In this document: piece after piece, positions 46,403-58,246 of the stretch
How the letters are laid out: each line of letters begins with the position of its first letter
How positions within the stretch are numbered: the first letter of the stretch is position 1
NCBI GenBank assembly: GCA_964019335.1
Contig: OZ025736.1
Location: 1 to 64,000 of the forward strand
Direction: 5' to 3'
Length of the DNA stretch: 64,000 bases
Source: Diplonema japonicum
Lineage: Eukaryota; Protista; Euglenozoa: Diplonemea
Program-made: the position numbers and the translations under genes
Notes under the pieces: model-generated
Told to the model about the DNA's origin: nothing
The model's input: only the letters and a program-made list of their open reading frames with translations
Databases searched by the model: none

Positions 46403-48226
46403 TTAATGTTTTCCAAACTGAGCAACATGTGGCCGTGTGCAAGGGTGGGTATGGTCATTATACAAATGATGAGATTTGTTGGGAAGCAGCTCCCCTTCGC
46501 AGAACGCGGGGTCCGAGGGAATGTGGTACAGGTCAGCCGCAGAGGCAACGGCAACGCTCTCGAAATAATAGAAATCAGAGAATCTCAACGACATAGCAGC
46601 CAGCGTAGTCCGGGTGATACTATCGGGGACCACCGTTTTCAAGAAATACAGCGCGTCATCCAACTGCCTTGAAACAGTGGTGTACCGAGGCGTGCGAAGC
46701 CACGAAAGAGAACCGACTTCAAAAGCAGTGTTCGCTCCGCATATTTTATGCTCTCCTTTTGTTCCAAGAAACGCTTTCATCGCCGCGGCATCGCTGTCCT
46801 TCCTGAACTCCCTCAGAACAGAGAGAATCTGCGACACACCATTATGGCTGACAACACTCGCCATCGAGAATCCAAAAGATTTTCCTTCTACCGCGAGAAG
46901 CCTTAACGGATTGTAAGGGAGATCACACATCAACATAGAGGCCTCGTCCAATCTCCAGTAGAAATCGTACGCAAGAAGTGCAGGGTGGTTGTGCATGTTG
47001 AGTAACATGAACCGGTTTAAAAGACGTTCCTCTATCATTCCAGCAGTCATGTCCTCTAGCAAACTTCTCTCTGCGCTGGTATTCTTATGGTTCCATAGTG
47101 TCGGAGACACTGTGACAAATGACACCGTTGTGCGTGCAGCTGCTTTAACCGATGCTACAAAATCAGGTGAAATTTTTTGGTTCGGCGGGATGAAAATAAC
47201 GTACGGGAGGTTACTGAACTTATTCGCCCGAGCCTCGAAGGATATTACAGAGCGAAGTACCATGTGTGGCTGATCGAGAAGGGTTGTCATCACAACAACA
47301 CCGCTTTCATTGTGTCTTGAGGATGAGTTGAATTTTGAAACAAGCTCGGATTTTGTCGGGAACAATGGTTTTTCCAGCGAAGCGCCTTCAATACGCTGAC
47401 ACACCTCCATGCATGTAAAGGTTCGCGGGGTTAAACCACCGCATCCTTTTCCGTAAAAACGGCCGTTTGTACAAACGCAGAAACCAGAACTGGTCATTGG
47501 AACCCGGGTTTGACAGATTTTACCCCATCTCGACATCACCGATCCATAAGGAGAACAAAGAGTTGTCGGGACCCATCTGCATGATGAGAATGGTATTAAC
47601 GTTTCGTCGATTCTCGCTTTGTTCAGCTCATAGAATATCTCGCGAGCGTTGGAGTGCTCGTCTCGTACCGTCATCGCTTCTGTCTCGACTGCAATCATAT
47701 CTGAAAGTCGTTCCGCAGCATTTTCATATACTTCTCGAGTTGCTTCCGTCAGCCATGATATTCCGGATCCCCATGTTGCTGGGATGTTGTTTGTGGTGAG
47801 CCGGGGTAGTCTTGGGTTTGATGTGTCGTCGGTTCTTCGCAGTGCTATAAGCGTGCATGTGGTTAAGATGATTAGTGCGGTGAAGAGTTTAATCGATTTT
47901 GATGCGAGGCTTGAGGTGCAGGCGAGTGGTTTTGAGGGTGTCGAGACGTCGTCGTTGAGGTGGCACATGTTTTGCGGTTTCAACGCGAAGGCTTGGTCGC
48001 TCCGTCTCGACGTCAGCACCACCATCACCTGCGGGTTGTCGTCCGCACCCGTTCTGTACCCTATTACCCTCCCGGAGCACCCGTTTAGAAAACGAAACTC
48101 GTCCCTCTTCAACCCGAACAGCATGATTTTATCACCGATTCGATACCCCAACTCCCTCAATCCCTCAACCGCGTCTGGTCCTTCCACAGACGCCCGTTCC
48201 ACCGGTGGATCCTGCCGTAAATGCAT
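46403..48226 (-). CDS. Type II membrane GT15 (KRE2/MNT1 mannosyltransferase)-like protein with Cys-rich module
   Basis: TM anchor LFTALIILTTCTLIAL; HPALLAYDFYWRLD...CDLPYNP...FGF and FEVGSLSWLRTPRY match GT15 blocks; CRW...SGFCVC...TCMEVC module. Confidence 0.7.
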   Translation of the reverse strand: MHLRQDPPVERASVEGPDAVEGLRELGYRIGDKIMLFGLKRDEFRFLNGCSGRVIGYRTGADDNPQVMVVLTSRRSDQAFALKPQNMCHLNDDVSTPSKPLACTSSLASKSIKLFTALIILTTCTLIALRRTDDTSNPRLPRLTTNNIPATWGSGISWLTEATREVYENAAERLSDMIAVETEAMTVRDEHSNAREIFYELNKARIDETLIPFSSCRWVPTTLCSPYGSVMSRWGKICQTRVPMTSSGFCVCTNGRFYGKGCGGLTPRTFTCMEVCQRIEGASLEKPLFPTKSELVSKFNSSSRHNESGVVVMTTLLDQPHMVLRSVISFEARANKFSNLPYVIFIPPNQKISPDFVASVKAAARTTVSFVTVSPTLWNHKNTSAERSLLEDMTAGMIEERLLNRFMLLNMHNHPALLAYDFYWRLDEASMLMCDLPYNPLRLLAVEGKSFGFSMASVVSHNGVSQILSVLREFRKDSDAAAMKAFLGTKGEHKICGANTAFEVGSLSWLRTPRYTTVSRQLDDALYFLKTVVPDSITRTTLAAMSLRFSDFYYFESVAVASAADLYHIPSDPAFCEGELLPNKSHHLYNDHTHPCTRPHVAQFGKH

Positions 48227-48352
48227 TTTTTTTTTTTTTTGCCCTTTCTTTTTTTTTTGATGAGTGGGTATGTGTGCTAAAAAAAAAGGGGGGAGAGGGG
48301 AGAATACATTAATACATAAATTCTAATTAGGAAAGGAAAGAAAAAAAAAAAG

Positions 48353-48657
48353 TATGAGTTAAAGGAGGCCGGTGTTGGCGGCGCCCTGCACAAGAACTGT
48401 CTACTTGATTACAGGGGGCGCGCCGCGGCCGAGTTGTAGCTTCTTCTGCGTTCCGCGTCGTGTCCTTAGGTGTACAGCTCAACCCCAGCCGGTGCGTCCC
48501 GGGTAACCAAGATTCTGCGCTCGTGCAGTTTGCTGCCTGTTCGTCACCCTGAGCATCTGCATTATGTTCTTCCACTTGGGCGCTACCGGTGATGACCGAC
48601 GAGGAGGTCAACAGCGAACAACACATCTGATCTTTTTCTTATATTTTCATGTTATCC
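48353..48657. repeat. ~310-bp GC-rich dispersed repeat, copy A
   Basis: Near-identical to 57480-57792 apart from an 8-nt deletion (atgcgtgc). Confidence 0.9.
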
Positions 48658-48957
48658 TGAAAAAAGAAAAAAAAGAGGTGAGAAATGGGAGGGTGAATGG
48701 GGGACATGGACTTTCCCCCCACGATTTTTTTCTTTTTTTTTTTTTTTGGATTCATCTTGCCATAACACGTAACGGAAGGAGTGGGGTGAGAACTACAATA
48801 TAAAAGAAAAGAGAGGAAAAACAAAAAAAAAGATGACACACGAAAAAAAAAAAAAGAAAAAAATCTACTCTTTTCTTTCTTTTCTTTCTATAGCCCGACT
48901 AAAGATTTCTATCCCGCTCTAAGGGGGGGGAAAAGGGGGGGGAGAGGGGAGGGTGTT

Positions 48958-51900
48958 CTATCGCTGTGCACTACTTCTAAACCGCGGGGGGCTGTGTTTT
49001 TTTTCTCTCCCCCCTCCTTTCTCATAACATACCTTGGTGAAGCAGTTCTCCCCGACGAGGCAACCACAATGCGCGGGCCCCTGTCCTTTTTCTCAGTATC
49101 CGTAAGGGCATGCATTTGGTTCGTCTATATTTTTTTTTTAACCCCTAAACGCCCGGAGCCTATCTACGGTACCCCCCCATTTTCGTTGTTGCTTTGAATA
49201 CTCAAAAAAAGGGCAGCATGCAACCATAGGAAGGTGCAAGGAAAGGGTAAACGGTACTAAAATTTTCAATTCCAGGTGCCAGATTCAGATGAGAACACTT
49301 AACTATGTGTGTAAGAGGGGGGTTGAGGGGGTACTTTTTATGTCCGATTTTGGGGGGTCTTGTCGTGAGGGGTCCGTGGAGTTATGGCTGGGCTAAATAG
49401 GGCAGCATTCAGCCCTATTTGGTGCCCTGAACTCTAGGATTGAGGTCAGTCTGGAGACTTTTTGGGGCTGTGGGATGAAAAAAGCAACTTGCGAGTTTTT
49501 TTTCCAGCTGGGGTAGCATGCAAGGGTAAAAAACACGTTTTGCATAAGGGGGTTTTACAACAGGGGCACCACGTTTGCACCTTCTTCCCGTACCCAGGAA
49601 CAGCATAGAGCACCGTCCTCACCTTCGTTCCGTTCATCATGGTCTCGGAGGTGTGATTTAGGGTCAAATCGAGACGTTTTGGGTATTTCTGAGTGAGGGA
49701 ATCCTCATTGCTAGCGTGTTTGCGCTTGGGGGTCGGTGACGGTGTTGTCGGGGGGTGTGTGCTATCGGTTTTTGGGGCATGGGTGAGAAGCTTGCCAACA
49801 AGTTCTTCTTTGAAGCTCGGGAAGCCATAATTTTTGCCACATTCCCTGCTCTTCTTCCAGATTATGGAGGGGTTGGCAACACAGCTTTCCAGGACCCAAT
49901 AAAAAACGACCATGGTCCACTTCCGGGTTTTCATATGCCGAACTCCAGTCCCCTGGAGCTGGTCTTGCAGGTCAGGGGTCGACAGCAAACCCTTAGGAGT
50001 CGACAGTACGCATGACTAGGTCCTGTGTTGTGGACTTCTTGCTGAAAATGTTGAAATTCGCCAGGTAACAGTTTTATGAGTCGCATGTAGCGATTACCTT
50101 GATGCCCACCGAGTTGCTTTTTCGTGGTGCCATGACTTTTATTGTTGTCGGGATAACACTGTCGTCAACAGACAACCACTTGCCAGGGGTCCGCACAGTC
50201 CTACACCGGTTGACAATGATGTCAAGAAACCTGCGCATGAGGTGCAGTTTCAGGCCTTCCAAATGCTTTCCAGGTTGTCAAAGGTGAGGTAGCGCTGTAT
50301 GTCAACGAATCGGTTTGCTCATTTTCTCAAAAGCCGGGATGGTTAAATTAGAATTTGTTGTCCAGTAGCTCTTCATGTTCGGTGCCGAGCGTAAACCCAT
50401 TAACAGGACCAACCCAAGCCAAATTTTGTACTCTGGGATGGAAAGATTCAGATTCCGCTGTTTTTTTGAACCGAAACGACCGTTCGTGGAAGAAACTATG
50501 AGCTCAAGTACCGCGTGTGTAAAAAAAAAGATTAAAAACACCCTCCTCATTGGCCGCTTCACCTAGAGGTGTCCTAAGCCCACCTTTTTACGGAAATGAT
50601 ATGTTTCGGGCCTTTGGGAGTATTTCTCCCACCCAAGCATCGTTTCCGGCCCCCCTTTGACCGCCTCATCGTCTTTTTCTTCTTTTTCTGACCAGTCGGG
50701 GGAGACTCACGTTTTCGCTGCTATTTTGACCATCTGATTTCATTTTAAGCCAACCCTGCCGGTTTCAATTAAAACAAAACTTTTAACGCAAAATGTAGTT
50801 CCAAGACAAAATAAACCGCGCAACAATGCCATATTTTGGTCCAGGGGCCGTGTTCAAAAAAAAGTACTTAGCGAAAAAGCAAATTTTGAAATAAGGACAA
50901 AAACGTCCGCGCGGGCGTTTAGGGGTTAAAAAAAAAAAGTTTCCCCTCCAAAAAAAAAAAAAAAAAAAAACGATACCTGAGGTTTCTTATAAGCACTCAC
51001 GGTGTAGTTCTTATCAAAGGGGCACTGCGTGATCTCTCTCAATAAAGAGCGTATCAAGGAAAGCGAGTGCACCCAAGTGTGGTACACATCATCCTGAAGG
51101 GGGGAAGAAAAAAAAAAATAGAAGAAGAATGTCTTTAGTTGTCTCTAAAAAATCATTGTGCAAATTGATGAAGCAAATTGTTTTCTACTGCATGGCTGCT
51201 GGGTTTGGTGGATTTCGGTAGCTAAAACGCGCGTTACATAAATGGGAAGAACGGGAGCGCGCGGGGATTAACTTGACCTCCAAGCTAGTTAAAATGACTG
51301 TAGAAAACGGGAAAAAAAAAGCAGCGAAACCGATATCTGACATCAAGTGATAAGGGCAATGATCGGGACGAAATTAAAAAAATTCCCAGCAGAGATAAAA
51401 ACGAAGAATACACCAACGCTAAAGGGTTTAGCGGTCTTAAGTGCCGGTCCTAGGAGAGGACATGTCATGAGGTCGGCAGAACGCGATTTATTTAAAATAA
51501 AGTAAAATTTTCCCCCTTATTATACATACATGCTGATTAAGCAAATCCACCCCGTGCACCCCTTTCGCCGTCAAAAACCATAGTGTGAAGCAGTTCTTTG
51601 CAGACACGGGTTGTTTCCTGTTCGTGGTGCTCGGTGCGTAAATGTAATCCTTGTTGATAAGGTTTGCTTGGAAGCCAGGGGATGCAGCATCAAGCTGTAC
51701 CCCAACAAGGTCGGATAGACAAAGACGTTCCTTAAAAGTATGCGAATGAGCATGGCTCGCCCAGCAGAAGAAAGGAAGCGCACCATGTGTAGGGTCATTG
51801 ATCGACGCGAGCATCTTGATCACACACCACCGTTCGTTCACAGACCCGTCCCGTGTGTACCGTAAGAAATATGCTCCTGACATCATCTTCCCCAATGCAT

Positions 51901-52948
51901 TTAACAATGGTGGTGTCATGTGCCTGTCTATGATATCGGGGTGCGTGTCGTAGAATACCCCGCGGAGTGCGAACAGTGATGTTATAACCACACTAGCTGG
52001 GTGGTATTTCCATTGCGCGGTCCGTCTTGCCTGTGTTTCTAATGGCACAACGGGAATTTTATCATCCGGCATTTCGAGGACTGTGCCTACGTGATCTATT
52101 ACCGTTGGGGTTTTAGGTGTTCGTTTGTCGCGGGCCAACGCCATTTCCAAAGCTGATTTTTGAGTTGGTTGGGGTTGGCTTCTGCTTCTTGTGAAGCCTG
52201 GTGAGTCTTCACGTGTTGGGAGTGAGTATGTTGGAGATTCCGATCGTCTTGTTGGTTGCCCGCAACCTCTGCAGAAATTGTCGTCGCCCGCACAACCTCT
52301 TCCGCATGCTGTGCAGAAGAAGTCCGGCGAGGCTTCAACACTCCCAGCACGCGGCATTGAAACCGTTCGCTGATTCGCAAAAAAATTCGTGTCGTCGCGA
52401 AAAACCGGTATCCCGGGGTCGTTCGTTGGGGAAGGCATGGAAGCTCCTCTTCCTCGATATTGAACGGAAGCAGGAGGTGATATACTTCGCCGGGAAGGCC
52501 GTGTCACCGGGTTGCCGCTGCTTGGTGTGCCAATGTTTCTAATAGGGGTTCTGGATGGTAGAGCAGACTCACTTCGTGGGGACGGAGATGGACCAAGGGA
52601 ATTCAAGTCGATGATCATCCCAGAAGACATAACTTGTGGTGCCGAGACAGGGACAGGGACAGGGACAGGAACGGGTGTGTGTTTTGGAACCTGTTTTTCC
52701 TCTTCCTTCACAGGTGTCCCTTTGCCCCATTTTGACATCTGCGCTTCGAGTATCGAGCTGATCGATTCATGTGATACCTTCGTTCCCCGTGAGTGTGCGT
52801 CTATGTTTGGGGGGTCGTCTGGTTCATGGCGTACTGCAGCGGGTGTTCCTGGTGAGTTCAGAGGCAACATGTCACCATGTCCGCCCGTTGTCGGGGTCAT
52901 TGACCGAACAGGAGACATCCTTCGCAACCCGGTCCTCGAGACATTCAT
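48958..52948 (-). CDS. S/P-rich protein with zinc ribbon and PH-like domain; exons 52948-51530, 51093-50977, 49124-49033, 48991-48958
   Basis: CTAC..CRGC ribbon. The PH-like region GAYFLRY...CFTLWF...VDLLNQH is completed by exon DDVYHTWVHSLSLI. GTATGT/GTATCG/GTATGT donors and YAG acceptors keep the frame. Confidence 0.7.
49142..50925 (-). mobile_element. piggyBac transposon with fragmented transposase, inside an intron
   Basis: TTAA TSD; 13-bp TIR CCCCTAAACGCCC. Remnants FFTHAVLELIV..TN, TPGKWLSVDDSVIP, RKWTMVVFYWVLE and C-terminal CPCCKTPLCKTCF..H. Confidence 0.92.
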
Positions 52949-53223
52949 GGGGTCGGCCCGCCCGCCCCTCCCTTTTTTTTTTTTGTCTTCTCGCCTCCCA
53001 CCCCCTCTGTTATGATTTTTCGTTGGTGTTATTTTCATTTTTTCTTCGGCAAAGAAAAAAAAAAAAAAAAAGAGAAAAGATGTAAAAAAAAAAGGGGAGA
53101 AAAAGGAGGGGGGTGAAAACATGTTTACAGTCTAGAATGGGTTTTTTTTTTTTTTTTTTCCTTCCTCTTTTCTTTCAGAAAATGAAAAAGGCACGGTCTA
53201 GTTTTTTTTTTTTTTTTTTTTTT

Positions 53224-54015
53224 TTAGAACTCGCGGTTGGTCACCAAAGCGTGGAAGGCTGCTTGTTTCACGATCACGGGACCGAAACGTTCAATCCTGG
53301 CGATGAGGGCTTTTCTCGACCCCATCCCGGAGAGCCCGCGTGCGACGAGGAAGCTGGACAAGCTCTCTGTGGCCACGGTGTCCAGCTTCCCAGCTTGAAA
53401 GGCAGCCTCCACAGAAAGCGTTGCTTTGGACCCCTTGTTTTTTTTAACTGTTTTTTTTTTGGAGGGGGTTGCGGAGCGAGTGGGTTCCAAGGAAGGCCTT
53501 CTAAGAGAACGGGAAGTGGGTTCCACGCTCTTCTTCGGCTTGGACCGTCTGGGGATGGTTTCGTGAACATCTTCAATTTTTTCAGGGCTGTCGAACACCG
53601 TATCGTAGAACGGAACACGCAAGAGATCTTCAGAGGGACAGGCGTGGTCCACCCCATGCTCTACAGAAGCGGGGGAATCAATTTGGGGGTAGCCGTATCC
53701 ACAGATTTCTTCAGCACAGTTTCGCTCTTCTGAAGCCCGCCTCAGTTCCTTAAAAGCGGGTCCCTCTGACCCGCTGCGTGCGTCTGTGATCTCCAAATCC
53801 AGTAGTGCGTCCTCCCGCATCAGTGAGAGCCTCATGGCGCCTGGGAGCACCACACCCTCATGCATCGCCACCACCCTCCCATCCACCAGCCTCATGTCCT
53901 TTTCACACTGAACTGTAAGATCATCAATACACAATGCTACCTTTCTCTTCCCCATTACATTTATCGGGACCGCACTTCCGTCATCTGTCTTCACCCATAC
54001 AACTACATCGTGCAT
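53224..54015 (-). CDS. Protein with N-terminal ubiquitin-like region and C-terminal SAP motif
   Basis: SAP-like LDTVATESLSSFLVARGLSGMGSRKALIARI; basic linker. Confidence 0.65.
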   Translation of the reverse strand: MHDVVVWVKTDDGSAVPINVMGKRKVALCIDDLTVQCEKDMRLVDGRVVAMHEGVVLPGAMRLSLMREDALLDLEITDARSGSEGPAFKELRRASEERNCAEEICGYGYPQIDSPASVEHGVDHACPSEDLLRVPFYDTVFDSPEKIEDVHETIPRRSKPKKSVEPTSRSLRRPSLEPTRSATPSKKKTVKKNKGSKATLSVEAAFQAGKLDTVATESLSSFLVARGLSGMGSRKALIARIERFGPVIVKQAAFHALVTNREF

Positions 54016-54424
54016 GTTTCTTCTTCTTTTTTTTTTTTTTTTTTTGCTGGGGGAGGTTTTTTTTTTTTTAAAGTTTGAAAAAAGGTTTTTGCGTGTAAAA
54101 AAGAAGGGGGGGGGTGAGGGGGAGTGGGTGAAAATATAGTACTACACATGTAAGGCGAAGAAAGAAGTAAAAAAAAGGGGGGGGGGGAAACGAAAAATAT
54201 GCGGAAAGGAAAACCCCTGGAAGGGGAGCAGGGGTATTCCTCTTTTTTTTTTTCACAAAGCAAGCAAGCATAAAAAAAAAAAAACTGAGAGAGAGTGCAA
54301 ATTTCTTTTTGGGGGGAATAATAAAGAACATAAAAAAATTGGGGGGGGTAAGAAAAAATCTACTGCACAAAAATGGAAAGAAAAAAAAAAATACAATAAA
54401 AAAAAAATTTTTTTTTCCCCCGTC

Positions 54425-55504
54425 CTACCCAGAAGTTGTGGCCCACCTGACGCTGCTGCCAGCTCCATGAACAGGCATTGTACCCTCAACAGGCCGCCAC
54501 TGAGTGGCAGATGGAACGTACTGGGCTTGTTGCACAGGAGTAGGGGCGGCCCATGGGGCGTGGCCTGTCTGACCTTGCTTGAACCCTGCAACACAAGAAG
54601 GGTGCAACTGACACGTAGATTTGTTGTGGTCAAAGTCCCCCGTGAGCACGGTGATGCCGTCTAGCATCGGCTGCCGACAGAAATCGCATTTCAAGGCATG
54701 CGCGTTGCTGTACTGAAACTCACACTGGGGGTGCAGGTCGGCCTTGTGTTGAAACCCAGGAAGCTTCAAAGACACCTTCGTCCCCTCAATAACCCCTTTA
54801 CAATGCGCACAAGAAAACCCGGTACTAGTAGAAATCGGGGGATATTCATTATATGTTGAACCGGGACCCTGCACCATTTGGAAAGACGAGGGATGAAGGT
54901 GCGCTCGCCTCCCAGGGGGGAAATCTTGAGAAGGCGTTTTCTTGTATGAATCCACACACTGCGGGTGCAGATTTATCGTCCCGAAATCGCCAGTCAAAGT
55001 GGTCAGTCTGTCAAGGATGAGATCACCGCAGTAATTACACGAAATAGCGTTTTGACGCTCGTACTCAAGCTCGCAGTCAGGATGAAGATCGACAGGGGAA
55101 GATCTCCCTGGGAGAGTGAGAACGACTTTGAGGCCGAGGATGGGTTGATGACATCTTGCGCATGTGTGTTGAGGGGCCATGCCCAAGGGTCCTGAGTGGC
55201 TGGGCTCGCTTGGAGTTTGTTGTATTTGCAGTTGATGGGGAGCTGAATGCATGGATTGTGTTGATCCTCTTTCACCTATCACCAAGCTTCTGTTCTCGAA
55301 GTTTATTGCGGGTTCCTTGTTGGAAACGACCCGTCCGTCCACCATAGCCTGCAGGCCCCCAGCTGCCCTCCCCATACCCCCCTCAAAGACCAGCATCGAG
55401 CTCGCTTTCTCAAGAACATCACTCACATGCCCGTCCTTTCCCACTACTACTTTCATTTCCGCATGTTCAGGGTCGTGTCTTCGTCTTATCCATATTGTCG
55501 CCAT
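54425..55504 (-). CDS. Ubiquitin-like N-terminus plus four CxxC-x~22-HPxC zinc fingers (LIM-like, duplicated pair)
   Basis: CARC..LHPDC, CNYC..LHPQC, CAHC..LHPQC, CDFC..LHPSC. Confidence 0.75.
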   Translation of the reverse strand: MATIWIRRRHDPEHAEMKVVVGKDGHVSDVLEKASSMLVFEGGMGRAAGGLQAMVDGRVVSNKEPAINFENRSLVIGERGSTQSMHSAPHQLQIQQTPSEPSHSGPLGMAPQHTCARCHQPILGLKVVLTLPGRSSPVDLHPDCELEYERQNAISCNYCGDLILDRLTTLTGDFGTINLHPQCVDSYKKTPSQDFPPGRRAHLHPSSFQMVQGPGSTYNEYPPISTSTGFSCAHCKGVIEGTKVSLKLPGFQHKADLHPQCEFQYSNAHALKCDFCRQPMLDGITVLTGDFDHNKSTCQLHPSCVAGFKQGQTGHAPWAAPTPVQQAQYVPSATQWRPVEGTMPVHGAGSSVRWATTSG

Positions 55505-56150
55505 ATTTTTTTTTTATTTTTATTTTATTTTTTTTTTTTTTTTGGTTGGATTCTTGACGGCCATTAGAAGGTCTCATTTGAAGGATGGCGCTACTCGCGT
55601 CACGGGACAAGGAAGGCTATTCAAAGGAAACACCGAACAACGTATTTAGAAATGAGACCGCTAGACGACCTGGAAGATGTGGGTGGACCATTCATGGAGA
55701 CTTTACTAGACTCGGGCTTCTCGGCTTCAGGTTGCATGTCTTGACGCAGATTATCCTACCCACATCAATGGTAGACTTGGAGGGAGAGAAAAAGAAGAAG
55801 AAGAAAAGAGTGGGGCGGGGGGAGGAGAAAGAAAACTAACAACAACAGCGAGGAGAGCAAGATGAGAACAAAAAAAAAAAATTACTAAAAAAGAAAAAAA
55901 AAACAACAACAGCGCAGGAGGGGTGGGGAAAAAAACTCAAACTCAAAGTACAAGTTCCCCTGCTGGAGGGCCGCTCTATGAGAACAAGAAGAAAAAAAAG
56001 TAAACTACACCCCCCACCTCCCAAAAGAAAGAGAGGGAAAAAAAAAAAAGAAACAAACTAAGAGAAAACGAAAATATAAAATTCGATACAGTTTGCAGTG
56101 TGCAGGAGAGGGGGAGGGTTTCACTGTTATTATAAAAAAGATTATATTAA

Positions 56151-57131
56151 CCCTTATCAGCCCAGGGGGAGTTGAATTGATTTTTGGATTTTCCCGATTA
56201 TGGTCCCTTGTTGGCATGGGTCGGACATGCTGAAGTCTTGAGGTTATGTCTTGGTTCGGGGTACGCATTTGAAAGATATTTGAAATCTGCGTTCATTCCA
56301 CTAAAGATATTGTGATCTCGATTAATAAGAAGCCAATGTTCGGGGGGGTCATGAGTAGGTGGCCCCACAACAGTGATTTCAGCCTTACCAGCACTCAGAA
56401 ATCTTCCCATTCAGGCTTGTCCTGTGGCTATTCTACGTTCGTCGGGACAAACTGACGGAGGGGTGGTCCACTGACAAATTTTGTTCAGGGGTCAGAGCCT
56501 TCACCCATTTCCCTTTCACGAGATCGATGAACGGGCGGATCAGGCGCAGCTTGTTGGTTTCTCTGGCAGCAGGATTGGCAAGGTGCAGGTACCGCAGGAT
56601 CACTTTGAACCGCTTCTTCGACATTTCCGACCAATAGTCGGTCAAATCCCCCTTGATAAAGGCTGCTTCTTCCCCTTCCTCCTCCTCTTCCTCTTCCCCC
56701 TGTTCTTCATCATACTCCTCGTCAGAAATAGAGATTCACCAGACTCCTCGTCAGATACGGGTGCCTAGTCACCGGCAAACAGGTCTAAAAAGCCTAAATG
56801 AGGCTGGGGGCTGTCCCCAATACGTTCGTTGTGTGCTGGCTTGTTGATTTTGATAAGGACCTGCGAGTGACTCAAAAAGAAATTCATAGGGAAAAATTCT
56901 AGAGAAAATCAGGAAAATACCCATATTTTGGGTGTCACCCAGTGTCTCGGTACCCCGTTCTGGGTTGAAGCTATGAAGTTTCAGATGGATACAAATAGCG
57001 CATTTAACGCAGATTTTCCAAATCTTTCCATTCCATTTTTTTTTCATGGAAACCGGTAAGACTCAGGTTTGGATGGACACAGGGAACAACACCCCCATTA
57101 ACGACTCATATATGAGTTGGGCGGATAAGGG
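56151..57131 (-). mobile_element. Second piggyBac family, internally deleted
   Basis: TTAA TSD; TIR CCCTTATC(A/C)GCCCA; remnant MSKKRFKVILRYLHL...KLRLIRPFID...TPEQNLSVD. Confidence 0.9.
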
Positions 57132-57479
57132 TTAAAAAAAAGGAAAAATATAGTGACGGGAAAGAGAGAGAAATAGGCAAGGTCTTTTTGGTGCGTTTTC
57201 TTATAAAATATTCCTTTTTTTTTTTTGCAGAAATATAAATAAATAAAGGTAGATAAAAACCTGAAACTCGTTAAGTGTGCGATGGATCCTAGAGCTAAGA
57301 TACAATATAAAGAATATTCTAGTGCGCCCCCAGCACGGAGTTATCAACACAACAAGGAAATCAGGGATGGGGAGAAAAGAAAAAACTATTCATTTGCAAA
57401 AACGTAAGCAAACTGAAAACAGTGTAATTATGAAAAAGGGGGGGGGGGGTAACTTTTTTATTTAGGTATAAAACAAATA

Positions 57480-57792
57480 TATGAGTTAAAGGAGGCCGGT
57501 GTTGGCGGCGCCCTGCACAAGAACTGTCTACTTGATTACAGGGGGCGCGCCGCGGCCGAGTTGTAGCTTCTTCTGCGTTCCGCGTCGTGTCCTTAATGCG
57601 TGCGGTGTACAGCTCAACCCCAGCCGGTGCGTCCCGGGTAACCAAGATTCTGCGCTCGTGCAGTTTGCTGCCTGTTCGTCACCCTGAGCATCTGCATTAT
57701 GTTCTTCCACTTGGGCGCTACCGGTGATGACCGACGAGGAGGTCAACAGCGAACAACACATCTGATCTTTTTCTTATATTTTCATGTTATCC
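57480..57792. repeat. ~310-bp GC-rich dispersed repeat, copy B
   Basis: Near-identical to 48353-48657. Confidence 0.9.
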
Positions 57793-58208
57793 CCACCACC
57801 AAACAAATGAATAGATCTTTTGTTTTTTTTTTTCTTCTTTTTTTTTTGGTAAACACACACAACAAAGTGTTTCTGTATAAAAAATAAACACACTCCCCCG
57901 AGGTAATAGACTACTTAGAAAAAATAAACTAAAAGAAAAAAAAAGAAACACACTTCTCATCAGGGGGAACTGTAAAAATAAATTTTGTTGCCGATATTTT
58001 TTTTCTTTTTGTTTGTATTTTTTTTTTTTTTTTTGCACTATCAAATCATACAAGGTACTACTGAAAGGACTGGGAAAAAAAAAAAAAAAAAAAAAAAAAA
58101 AACTAGGGTACTGTGGAACAACTCAAGAAAAAAAAAGAGGGGAAAACTAGGGTACTGTGGAACAAAGGGGGGAAGGACGGGAGAGATCTATTTGACGACC
58201 AAAGTGGC

Positions 58209-58246
<38 letters not shown>

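Noticed and set aside
58098-58166. Direct repeat aactagggtactgtggaacaa x2
   Set aside because: Only two copies with a low-complexity spacer; a local duplication, not a CRISPR array.
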